NCBI GenBank assembly: GCA_004764695.1
Contig: SMSO01000007.1
Coordinates: forward strand, 868,001-932,000
Direction: 5' to 3'
DNA: 64,000 bases
Source of the DNA: Schizochytrium sp. TIO01
Taxonomy: Eukaryota > Protista > Bigyra: Labyrinthulomycetes
The position numbers were made by a program, and so were the translations under genes. Below are positions 12,027 to 22,099 of the stretch, piece after piece; positions within the stretch are counted from its first letter, which is position 1, and the number at the start of each line of letters is the position of its first letter. The notes under the pieces are model-generated. The model was not told the DNA's origin and searched no databases. It saw only the letters and a list, made by a program, of their open reading frames with translations.

Positions 12027-12638
12027 AAATCCTTGAGAACTCAAACCAAAGTAGCGTGAGATATTGGAGAGAAAAAAGGAAATCAATTCTTCAAATTATT
12101 TTATTTCCATGAACTATGCGTTCAAGATTGCTTAAAGAAAGACAAGTAAAAGCTCTTTGTTTGTTTTCGGTCCCCAGAGACATACAGTTGTTCTAATGCA
12201 AGAGTAAAGGAATCTTGCATTAGTCGCGCCCGCTACTCTAAAAAGCCAATACATTCATTTGTACCACGTGTTAGGTGTTCATGGGTACTGTACATTTTAT
12301 GCGCAGAAGTTTTCACCTTGTTAGGGTACTTGTACTCCTGTTAATGTTTATTCGTGGTGCTGCTTGTTCCAAGGTCAAAGCTCTCAGAATTTGACGAGTA
12401 CATAGTAAAGATGAAATCCCACTCCAAGTCATCCTGGCATACGTTTGCCCCAATTCTACTTGAATCCATAATGGTTTCCCTTTATCCTAGTACCAGTTTC
12501 CCGATCATGACACGAAGCTTTGCCTCAAGTGGAAAACCAAATACCATGCTCGTTTTGCCATTACGTAAACTTTGAAGTTAAAAAATGCACGCGAAGATGA
12601 ATGAGTGAGCGAAACAAAAATGCAAATCAAATTTGGCC

Positions 12639-14312
12639 ATGAGGGCTTGCAGAAGCTGGGCAGCGACAAGAAGCTGCAAGTTTGGCGAAGAATGCCGATT
12701 TGCACACGGTGTTAGTAGCGGTGATTCACGAGGAGGCCTCCGTGGCCGCTCTCAGGGCTATGGCGCAAGGTCGCAAAGCCAAATCGCCCAAAGTGGGAGG
12801 CCTTCAGATGGTGCCTTCAGAGGAAGCCAACGGCGCAGGGGCCGTGGCATGGTGACCTCGAGGCCGCGAGGATTAGCAAGGAGCTGGGTGCAAAAACCCA
12901 GAACAGTTGATAGTACTTCAAGACGGAATAATACAGAAACGACAAGGTTGCAGGCCAAGAGTCAGACATCGTCTCAGCCAGGCAGCAGCGAAATGGCCCC
13001 AATGACCCCTGGAAGAAATGCAAATACATCTGCAAATGGGTCCCATGAATTCACTTTGCTTAACTTCAATATTCTGGCAGACTGCCTTGTAGACCACACG
13101 CACTATCCTGGGACAGGAGATGAAGCCCTTGCCTGGAAGGAACGTGCACCTCGCATTTTGAAACATATTACGCAGGAAGTTCGTCCAGATGTTCTGTGCT
13201 TGCAGGAGGTAGATGCAGAGCACTTCGCCTCGACTTTTGACGAAAAACTTGCTTCTTATGGGTATATGGGGCACTTCAAGAAACGCACACGTGACAAGAT
13301 TGATGGGTGTGCTGTGTGGTTTCGCAAGAGTGCGTTTCGCTTGCTCGAGGAGGTTCCTGTGGAGTTTTTTGTGGCTGAGGATCACATTCTTGATCGCGAT
13401 AATGTGGCACTCGCACTTGTCCTTGAGCATTGCGCTCCAGGAGCCCAGCAGGAGAGGCTCATTGTTTGCACGACCCACTTGCTCTTCAACCCGCGTCGAG
13501 GCGAGGTCAAACTTGCTCAACTTATGATGCTCTTCGAGACAGTACGGGATATTCGTGGTAGATACCCCGATGCTAGGCTTTGCCTTTGTGGTGACTTTAA
13601 TTCAACTCCCAAGTCAGCTATTTACGAATTTCTCACCACGGGAGAACTTAATCATCTCCGAGCTCATAACCCTACCCATATGAGTGCTCAGGGACTCATC
13701 ATTGCTGCTTGCAAGCGTGAACAGTCTATTCACTACAATATGTACGGTCCACACGGGCCTGCAGGTACCTTTATTGGCCGGTACCAGCCCCCTAAGAACA
13801 TACCCCAGGATGCTGATGAGCATAGTCAACCTGGCTCTGAGGAGGAAAATGCTTGTGTGGATGATGAGCAAGTGGACAATGATATTAATAATATTGAATA
13901 TGGAAGTGGAGATGAAGGAGAGGACGATGGTTTTACCAATCCTGATATAAAGCGAATACTCGAGCAATTTGCAGAGTCTGAAGGCATTTCCAAGAGTGTA
14001 GTGTTGACAAAGCGTAGGAAACGGTCTAAATCATTTGGCAATTTGCCAGATAAAGTCGAAACTGGAGTCGAACCTTTAAAAAGTGCTTATGCCTTCAAAC
14101 CAACCCGAAGTTCTACAGGAGAACCTGCTTTTACAACCTACCATGAAACTTTCAAAGGTACTGTTGATTATGTATTCTATGGGAACGGACTATCTGCAGA
14201 GGAGGTCCTGGAATTGCCGCATGCAAAAGCATATGGACGTGGCATTCCCAGCACAGAATGGGGCTCAGATCATATGAGCTTAGGGGTGCGCTTTCAATTT
14301 AAGCCTTTATAA
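12639..14312 (+). CDS. ANGEL: Angel-like (CCR4/nocturnin/Angel EEP family) phosphatase with N-terminal CCCH zinc finger
   Basis: FNILA, LCLQEVD, Angel-type THLLFNPRRGEVKLAQL, CGDFNS, TVDYVFY and GSDH motifs. N-terminal C-x8-C-x5-C-x3-H finger; ATG at 12639. Confidence 0.85.
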   Translation: MRACRSWAATRSCKFGEECRFAHGVSSGDSRGGLRGRSQGYGARSQSQIAQSGRPSDGAFRGSQRRRGRGMVTSRPRGLARSWVQKPRTVDSTSRRNNTETTRLQAKSQTSSQPGSSEMAPMTPGRNANTSANGSHEFTLLNFNILADCLVDHTHYPGTGDEALAWKERAPRILKHITQEVRPDVLCLQEVDAEHFASTFDEKLASYGYMGHFKKRTRDKIDGCAVWFRKSAFRLLEEVPVEFFVAEDHILDRDNVALALVLEHCAPGAQQERLIVCTTHLLFNPRRGEVKLAQLMMLFETVRDIRGRYPDARLCLCGDFNSTPKSAIYEFLTTGELNHLRAHNPTHMSAQGLIIAACKREQSIHYNMYGPHGPAGTFIGRYQPPKNIPQDADEHSQPGSEEENACVDDEQVDNDINNIEYGSGDEGEDDGFTNPDIKRILEQFAESEGISKSVVLTKRRKRSKSFGNLPDKVETGVEPLKSAYAFKPTRSSTGEPAFTTYHETFKGTVDYVFYGNGLSAEEVLELPHAKAYGRGIPSTEWGSDHMSLGVRFQFKPL

Positions 14313-14917
14313 CTTTTACGACCTTGACTAGTCAACACACACATGTCTGACGTTTTTGCTGTTATCCTCTATTCATAGAATCCTACATGTTCCAGAGCTT
14401 GTGTGCTCGGGCGATTCCATCAACGGTATAAAGTACTATTGGAGTTATTTATGCTGAATGTATGCCAATCCATCGATGAAGCTCATTTGCATACTGCATT
14501 GAATTGCCTTTTTGTAAATCTAACTTAACTTCAGCTTTAGTAACGTTGAACATTCTTGTACCATGTTTAAACCCCTCCCCCCCAAGGCAGCAGAAGACTA
14601 TTTTGATCCTCAAAGCCACGGTTAAACTTTACCTATAAATGTAGCGTTAATCAATTATGGCAACTGTTCATGATGCTAAATGAAGTTGACTATGGTTTAA
14701 CGTTCATCGTTCGTGCATGTATGAAAGTCACTGAAAATAATAGTGCGTAAAAAGAGTGCATGGTACCTTACTCTTAGCTGACATGGTACTTCTCCTCTTG
14801 TGTAAGAAGAATCAACCATATAATTTTAGTAATAATAAAAACAAGAGTGCAATATTCACAACAAATGCATTTTCAATTTAGTTATGTTATCGCCAAGCTT
14901 TTGACTGTAATCGTACT

Positions 14918-15610
14918 TTAGTGGGTTTGCTCTAGTCGACTGTCAGCCTCTATTAAGAGCGCTTTGCATCCTGATAGATTGTCTTTGAAACCTTGTAATA
15001 ATGAATCTTCAAGCAATATCTCCGATCTAAAAGGGCTTGATGGTGTTGGAAAAGTCCATGGAGTAGGATTAGGCAGATCGATGTCATCCTCCTGAAGTTG
15101 CACATCTTCAAGCGACTCTACGTATGCAACCTTGCGCAATTTTACTCGTTCACCATCAAGGATCTGAATCTGACTATAACTCTCCAAGACCTCACGTGGA
15201 TAAGATGATGATTGACAAAGTACATTTTCGAGGTTTCCAGTCCGAGATTTAAAATAAACAATGCGAAGCCGGGGGAGATCGAGAAGAAAACGTCGTACAT
15301 CGCGATCCCAGTTCTCTATGGCATTCCCTTGAACATAGAGCTCTTCTAAACCTGAAAGGCCCTCGATTCCTGCAAGATTTTTTAGGCAATTCCCCGATAC
15401 GTCAAGACGTCGCAGCTTACTGAGATATCCAATTCCTTGAAGGGAAATGACCCTGTTTTTCGCTAGGCTTAAATCCTCTAGATTTTCACATTTTGCAATG
15501 CTTTCACCAACTTCTGTAAATCCAACGCCTTCTAGATTTAATCGTTTAATGGACCGCAGGCTCTGAAGTCCACTCCGAGAAAGGATTATTTCATCCGAGG
15601 GAATTGTCAT
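14918..15610 (-). CDS. LRRC61: Leucine-rich repeat protein, LRRC61-like
   Basis: SDS22-type LRRs (LEDLSLAKNRV, LRRLDVSGNCL, LEELYVQGNAI), an LRR-cap N.LC...Y...V......LDGERV, and an N-terminal ILSRSG..SL.SI..L.L segment matching the LRRC61 layout. ATG at 15610. Confidence 0.7.
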   Translation of the reverse strand: MTIPSDEIILSRSGLQSLRSIKRLNLEGVGFTEVGESIAKCENLEDLSLAKNRVISLQGIGYLSKLRRLDVSGNCLKNLAGIEGLSGLEELYVQGNAIENWDRDVRRFLLDLPRLRIVYFKSRTGNLENVLCQSSSYPREVLESYSQIQILDGERVKLRKVAYVESLEDVQLQEDDIDLPNPTPWTFPTPSSPFRSEILLEDSLLQGFKDNLSGCKALLIEADSRLEQTH

Positions 15611-16544
15611 TCTCCTCACGTAGATAACTTCTATCACGTTATTTTTTGTGTTTGAAGATGTTGATCACTGAAGCTTTGCTCTATGTTTTTCCTTTCTTAT
15701 GGTTCACTTCTATACGCCTTATCTACCTCTCACTTCTACATGTTTTCCCTAATAGATCCGGTGAACGGTCATTTGTGAATTCTATTCTTTATCTCTACCT
15801 ACCCGTTGTCAGCAGCGCACTAATGTATGGCGATCTGTATTTCGACGCTAAATGGTATCAAGAACATCAGAAGGATAAAATTCTATATTAGAGACGATCA
15901 TCAGTTGTTTTGGTCTTGCAAGGCCTATCAATGAGTCAGTTATTACTAATTTTCTTCTATGCAACATTTAAAGCGAGAACTAATAGTCTCTGTTTCTCCC
16001 TGGTTTTAAAGACCTTAGCTACTCGCGCAAGTCTTAGCATTGAATAAGCCTCGACATTTTTGGAACGAGGGGGTGGTCTGCCGGAATTATGGTACATCCC
16101 TTTAAAAAAATTAGTGGCTAATATATCCCAAGTGCTTGATAACAACTTAACTCGACCCAGCTTGAAATTTTGAGACAAAGTGGGATAGAGCATATAGTTT
16201 CACATAGCTGCTGCATGAACATGCTTTTTTGAATCTTACTCAAGCCTGTAATAAGAATATTTACCATATTATTTCTGTTTTCAAAGTACCTAACAAAACA
16301 AATACATATTATGCATAGCAAATGGAATACGCTAAATTCTATATCGACGTGTAAGATCAATCTTGACTTTGAGCGGTCAGCTTTGGGGACAACTAGAATG
16401 TAGTTTCGTTGCCAGGTTGTGAAGCTCCAAGTCTTACCATAAATTAATTGTGTTCACCTGAAAGACACTGATCAGGAATTTAGTTTTCTCATTCAGGCGT
16501 ATAATTAGCAGGTACAAAAACGATGTAAAGAAGAATCATTGTTA

Positions 16545-19535
16545 TTATTCAACGTCATTTCGTAAAAACTGATCCAAGTAGTTCTTCACTTCAGTCGGCG
16601 ACAAATCCGTTTGATTATTCACAATAAGAGAAGGATCTGCATATGCTGTCTCCACCTGGGGCGTATGGCGTTGCTTACGTCTCAATATATCTGCTACGGA
16701 ACGAATCGCGGGTGCTTTCGTCTCCAAATCTTCATTGCGAGGCGTATTATCAGCCTCTGATGATTCTGTTGTTGCAACTGAAGCAGGAGAATGTAACACA
16801 GGTTCCTCCTGACAAGCATTTGAGCTTCTTGGTGTAATAGGAATAAGACGCGGTTTACCACTACTAGGCTTTTTCTTCCCACCAGGTGCGGGGCGTCGGG
16901 ATACTCTAGCAGCTGCTGACTGAGGTCGCTGCTTTCGCAAACTACCCATCGAACTTGTCGAACTTAGCTGAAGTTTAGAAGTATATTTTGTCCCATTGTT
17001 GGTCGCTACTGGTGTATTTTTACTTCCTGTTGAAGGATCAGCCATTGACTTGTACAATTTCATTAAGCTTTGTTCGTTCTCCACAAGTCTTTTGTTTTCA
17101 TCCTGCGTACGTAAAAACTTATCTGTAAGAGCTGCTTTGTCAACTTGCAAATTATTAAGTTCCTCTTCAAGTCGGGATGCTTTCCATCGCGTTTTTTCAA
17201 GCTCTTCCTGAGTCTTTTGTTGTTCTATTTCAGCCATTCGTTGCATTGCTTGCTTTTCTGAAGCAAAGTCCTGCTTAAGCTTGCTAATCACTGCTTCATG
17301 TGTAATTTTTTCTTGTTCAGCTTGGCGAACTCGCTTGTCAAAGATTTGCAATTTACTACTGAGCTCACGTTTTGTTACCTCGGCAGCTTCCGCAATTTGA
17401 GATTCTTTGGAACTCATCACTTGAATGCTGGCTTTAAGACGAGCAATTTCGTTCCTCAGGCCTTCACTTTGTTGGTGGTAGGCTCGTGCCTTTTCATTTA
17501 ATCCAACAATTTGTGCTGCCATTGTTTGTTGGACCTGAGTATTCCGGGCCTCAAGAAGTCCACAGCGGTCCTGTGATTTTGCCAAATTTGCCTTCGTCAG
17601 TTCGTACTCATCTGCTAGTTTACGTAGGTGTGACTGGTATCGTTCCGCTTGTGATTGCTGAGCACTAGCTGCCTCTTTTGATATGCGCTGTAGTTCCTCT
17701 TGGGATACTCGAAGTTTTTGTTGCGTAGACTTTGAGGAAGCTTCCATAACACCAAGTCTAGCTTCGGTTTCCTTTTGTTTATCTCCAATTTGCTTAATAG
17801 TTGCCTTCGCTTGAACGAGTTGCGATGCCAGAACATCCCTCTCACGAATGGCAGCTTGAAGTTCTCCGTTACGAGTATTGAGTTCTGATGCCAAAGCCTC
17901 GCGTTTCTGTTGTTCTACTTTAAGTGACGCTTGCGAGCCCTCCTGTACACGTTGAAGCTCAGATGCACCCTTTCGCTCCCTCTCTCGAAATAGATGCACC
18001 TCTGCTGATTGCTCTTCTTGAAACTTTTGAAATTCCTTGCGAACTTTTACGAGACTGTCACGCTCACTTTGAAGGTTATTCATGAGTCGTTGTGAGGTAT
18101 CTTCGGCTTGCTGGCGCACTCTTGTTAGCTCCCCCTTAGTGTCTGTGAGTTCTGCTACTTTTGAAGCAAGGGCTTCTTCTGCATTCTGGTGATCGCGAGT
18201 GAGTCTTTGCACCTTATGTTCTAGTTCCTCAATCTTGGAGTTAGCCTTAGAAGCCTGATCCTGAGCAGCTTTGCTGGCCTCCTCATGGTTATGAAGCATC
18301 ATTTTCTCGCGTTCAAGGATTCGCGCGAGCTCTACTTTGCTACTCTCAAGGGCTGCAGAAATATCTTCATATGCAATTTTGCTTTTCGAAAGCTCGTTTA
18401 TTTTTTCGTCTCGCTCGGCACGAGTTTCTTGAAGAATCCTTTGTTGTTGCTCTACACTTTGCTGTAAACCATTCAAACGCGTAGTCAGGCCTCGGATACT
18501 CGAGGCATGCGTCTCCTTTTCACGAGTAATTTCCTCTGCGTGAAGTTTCTTGACTTGGTCAAGTTCTTTCTTGGTTTGCTTCATTTCTTGCTGAAGCTTT
18601 TGGACTTGTTGGTCTCTTTCCATCTCTAAATGATCAAGTTTGTTTTGTAAGTGCTGAGATTTTGCAAGAGCAAATCCCTTATCTTCTTCAGCTTGCTTGG
18701 ACACTTTGCGCAGAGTATCCTCTGCTTCGCTTTGCTCTTTGTGTGCTTCTTCCACAAGAAGACGCTGGGCTTTGACTTGGGTTTCCAAAGAGTGAACCTG
18801 GTCCCGAAGTTTCACAACATCTTCCTCGCTACGGCTCGCCGCACCCCGCGCGTGCTGTAGAGAGTCCTGTTGAGTAGAGTAAGACTCCTTCAAAATTTTA
18901 AGTTCTTCTAGAGTATCCTCTTTAGATATTCGCAGAGTTGACAGTTCGCTCTTCAGACTACTCAGTTCTACATCTGCAGTGCTCGCAGCTGTCTGAAGAG
19001 CCACGCATCTTTGACGTAGCTCACTAGTCCTTTTTTCGCTAATCTGTTTGGTCTGGGCTAGAATTGCTTCTGTTTCACGAACTCGTTCTGCTGAGGAAAG
19101 CGCTTCGAGACGAGCTCTCTCAAGAGCCGCCTCCAGTTTTTCCTGAGACTTGTCCCTTTCCTGAATCTGCTGCTCAAGCGCTGTTGCGCGCTGCTCGATG
19201 GCTTTTAACGAAGTTTCATATCCATTGCGGACCTTTTTGGCCTCTTGGACACTGCGCTGTAATTTACAAATATGCTCTTGCTGCTTTTCAGTGAAACTTT
19301 GTAGCTCCGCAATCTGACCCTGTTGCTCCTCATTTTCTTGCTTTAGCCGCTGCCCCTCCGCGCTGAGTGCTTCGATAGTCTCCGACTGTTTTGTCAATCG
19401 CCGTTCTTTGCTTTGTATACTGAATGTTTGTTCTTCAGCAGACAAAAGCACCTCACGAAGCCTCGAGACCAGACCATGGTCTACGGAGCTAGCCAGCGCT
19501 GCCGCTGCCGCGGTCTCCTCGGCAGATGAGGCCAT
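16545..19535 (-). CDS. Long coiled-coil protein with disordered C-terminus (possibly centrosomal/cytoskeletal)
   Basis: ~1000-aa ORF, E/Q/K/L heptad-rich over about 820 aa, with an S/T/P-rich tail containing RPQSA. ATG at 19535. No family recognised. Confidence 0.8.
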   Translation of the reverse strand: MASSAEETAAAAALASSVDHGLVSRLREVLLSAEEQTFSIQSKERRLTKQSETIEALSAEGQRLKQENEEQQGQIAELQSFTEKQQEHICKLQRSVQEAKKVRNGYETSLKAIEQRATALEQQIQERDKSQEKLEAALERARLEALSSAERVRETEAILAQTKQISEKRTSELRQRCVALQTAASTADVELSSLKSELSTLRISKEDTLEELKILKESYSTQQDSLQHARGAASRSEEDVVKLRDQVHSLETQVKAQRLLVEEAHKEQSEAEDTLRKVSKQAEEDKGFALAKSQHLQNKLDHLEMERDQQVQKLQQEMKQTKKELDQVKKLHAEEITREKETHASSIRGLTTRLNGLQQSVEQQQRILQETRAERDEKINELSKSKIAYEDISAALESSKVELARILEREKMMLHNHEEASKAAQDQASKANSKIEELEHKVQRLTRDHQNAEEALASKVAELTDTKGELTRVRQQAEDTSQRLMNNLQSERDSLVKVRKEFQKFQEEQSAEVHLFRERERKGASELQRVQEGSQASLKVEQQKREALASELNTRNGELQAAIRERDVLASQLVQAKATIKQIGDKQKETEARLGVMEASSKSTQQKLRVSQEELQRISKEAASAQQSQAERYQSHLRKLADEYELTKANLAKSQDRCGLLEARNTQVQQTMAAQIVGLNEKARAYHQQSEGLRNEIARLKASIQVMSSKESQIAEAAEVTKRELSSKLQIFDKRVRQAEQEKITHEAVISKLKQDFASEKQAMQRMAEIEQQKTQEELEKTRWKASRLEEELNNLQVDKAALTDKFLRTQDENKRLVENEQSLMKLYKSMADPSTGSKNTPVATNNGTKYTSKLQLSSTSSMGSLRKQRPQSAAARVSRRPAPGGKKKPSSGKPRLIPITPRSSNACQEEPVLHSPASVATTESSEADNTPRNEDLETKAPAIRSVADILRRKQRHTPQVETAYADPSLIVNNQTDLSPTEVKNYLDQFLRNDVE

Positions 19536-20288
19536 CGGCGTCGGAATTGAATCCAGTTGCACTTCACATCCAACTTCTGAGTCCCAAGGAATGGTCTCGA
19601 ACCCAAAGTCCGCATGCTTGCTTGTAAACGTTCGCTCCTAGCGCCTCCTCGTAGTCCCTCCATTCCATATTCACAAACTAGCCGTTCAGAACATCTGGAA
19701 CAGGTTCTGGTGGGGTTAGTTTAGGCAGCGGCAATCTTAGAAAGCTTTTGATCGAGAACAGACCTTCGAAAAGGTTTTGCTTAAAACTTGCAACATACTC
19801 CCCTCCAAGTGCACACCTACCAACTCTAGTCGTCTTCGTCTTAAGGGTTACACATGGAAGCAAGTTAGATCTTCTGGTTCTGGCGTTGTGACCTGCCTCT
19901 AGCGATATATGATCCCCCTGAGCTTTGAAAGGAGAATTCTTCAAAAGGGTAGAGGATAAGGATTACCTATGAAAGGAAGTAATGGTGTAGTGATGGATAA
20001 TAGAAATATACGAATAAGCAAAAAGAGATTATGCAGGACGAGGTGAAGAAGAGGAAGATTACTTTGGAATGTTGCCAGGACGAATTTTCAGTTTAGTTTG
20101 ACGAATTCAGTCAGGCTTGGACTTTGGCTGTTAGCCGGTTTTGTTTTTCCATTGGTGGGGCATGGGACTGGGCATAATCGCGACCAACTTTATCTTTTTT
20201 TGGACTGGTGACAGCAGATCCACAAGGAGACTCGCGTATGGATGGAGAGTGATAAACAAACACCATTTGATCGTGGTAGCACGTCTCA

Positions 20289-21743
20289 ATGGCGCCGTCC
20301 AAAGGTAGAGAATGTATTCACAAGGATGCCCAAGAACGACAGAATATCAAAAGAGGTAGGAAAAAACGAGGACGTCCTAGAGGCGTAGTTGGCATTAACA
20401 ATCGTGACGGGGGTACACGACCATGCCCAGCACCAAGGGCACTGGCGCCTGTGCCACAAGTGAGTTCTGATACACTTCATGCTTTAGCTGAGCTGCGTCG
20501 GCACGTTGCAGAGGCAGAAGAGGGTAAAAGTACAATGCAGAGAAATAAAAGCAACTCTTCAAGTATAAGTAATGTGGCCTTTGATCCACTGGACCCAATC
20601 GCTAAGCTTGAAGCTGCTCGGCTAGCCAAGAAGTACCCAATTATTCACCCTGACGACAATTTCCGGCCAAGTGTAAACTTTATTGAAGAAGAGCGTCTTG
20701 TGCCCGTAAATTATTCAATTGCTCATAAGCTGCAAGTTGAAATGGAGGCTGCCGCCGCCCAGCAACGTATGCAAAATCTCCAGCGAGAACAAGCAAGAAT
20801 CTTAGAGGAACGCCGAGCTGATCGTCACTCCGGACCTGTCTCATTCATGGACTCCAGGCGCTTATTAGAAGAGCAGATAGGCAAAAATTTACTTCAAAAA
20901 GTCACATCACGAGGCTCAACAATGATACAGTCTCTGCGCCAGCTCGATCTGCGTGGAACTGGGTTTGTCCCGGCAGAGGATTTTCGCAATATTATCAAAC
21001 AGCACAAAGATGAGCTTGGGATAAGCTTAATCGAGTGTGATCGTTTGACGGAAGAAATTTTATTAGGTGACTTAGCACGTTACGACATATTACAATCCCT
21101 TCCCATGGTTCGGTCATTGGGTTTAGCATCAAATACTTCAAAGAGCGCAGCAGATCTACGCATAGATCGTTTGCTTGAGGAAGCTGAAGCCCGGCCTCAA
21201 CGGTATCAATGGGCAGCGGAGAAGCATCATAGTACAACACGGCTTTTAAGACCATTTACAGGAGATGAAGCATTTTTCCCAGATCAAGAGCGTCTAGTTA
21301 CAACTTTGCAACGTCCAGCAGATGAATGTTTATCACCTATTCTATTGGATAAAGCCCAACGTCTCGCTGAGAGCAAACGGTTAGGTCTCCAAGCACACTG
21401 GGCAAGGTTAGACTCTCTTCAGGCTGGTGAAATTGCAGCTGTTCAAGCGCGGGAGCGAGCTAAGCAAAAACACCTCGCTCACCAGCGGACTCGTTATCTA
21501 GAACCTCTTGAATTAAAAAAGAAGTATGATCAAGCTCAAGCAGAACGGCCTCGTGGAAAACGCAGGTTCGAGGATAAAGCCCCACTCCACCTTAATCAAA
21601 AGCTTCATCAGCTGGAGCAGCGAATAGGTGAAGAGGACGCCCGCAAGGCATATGCTGTATATGAAACGCGCACTCGGACGAAAGAATGGCAAGAAACTTT
21701 TGGAATACGGAAATGGCAGCTTGAAGCCCTTGAGCAGCGCTGA
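20289..21743 (+). CDS. Hypothetical helical protein with a degenerate EF-hand-like motif
   Basis: 484-aa ATG-initiated ORF. LRQLDLRGTGFVPAEDFRNII resembles an EF-hand loop; charged coiled-coil segments are present. Confidence 0.7.
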   Translation: MAPSKGRECIHKDAQERQNIKRGRKKRGRPRGVVGINNRDGGTRPCPAPRALAPVPQVSSDTLHALAELRRHVAEAEEGKSTMQRNKSNSSSISNVAFDPLDPIAKLEAARLAKKYPIIHPDDNFRPSVNFIEEERLVPVNYSIAHKLQVEMEAAAAQQRMQNLQREQARILEERRADRHSGPVSFMDSRRLLEEQIGKNLLQKVTSRGSTMIQSLRQLDLRGTGFVPAEDFRNIIKQHKDELGISLIECDRLTEEILLGDLARYDILQSLPMVRSLGLASNTSKSAADLRIDRLLEEAEARPQRYQWAAEKHHSTTRLLRPFTGDEAFFPDQERLVTTLQRPADECLSPILLDKAQRLAESKRLGLQAHWARLDSLQAGEIAAVQARERAKQKHLAHQRTRYLEPLELKKKYDQAQAERPRGKRRFEDKAPLHLNQKLHQLEQRIGEEDARKAYAVYETRTRTKEWQETFGIRKWQLEALEQR

Positions 21744-22099
21744 GGAAAACATATGATGCATGCGTCTTTCTCTGTATTTCTAAATTTTAAACAGGAGGAG
21801 AAAGGATTTAAATGGAAGATATTAGATATTGAGAAAAAGATGACTTACTAAACGCAGCTATATCCATAAACGGTATCTTTCATGCAATGCTATCTCGAGA
21901 ATAAAGCTACACGGTTCATTCCCATGGGCACAGCGGATAAAATTACAACTGAACAGGAGTAGCATTTTACAAGGTTAAGTTGAGTGAAATTATAAATTTG
22001 TCACAAATTTAATATCTTATTATAGAGGAAACTTTAAAAAAAAAAAATGATAATACTGAGAATGTCGAGATCGCTATGAACTAATCTGACGACTGAATC

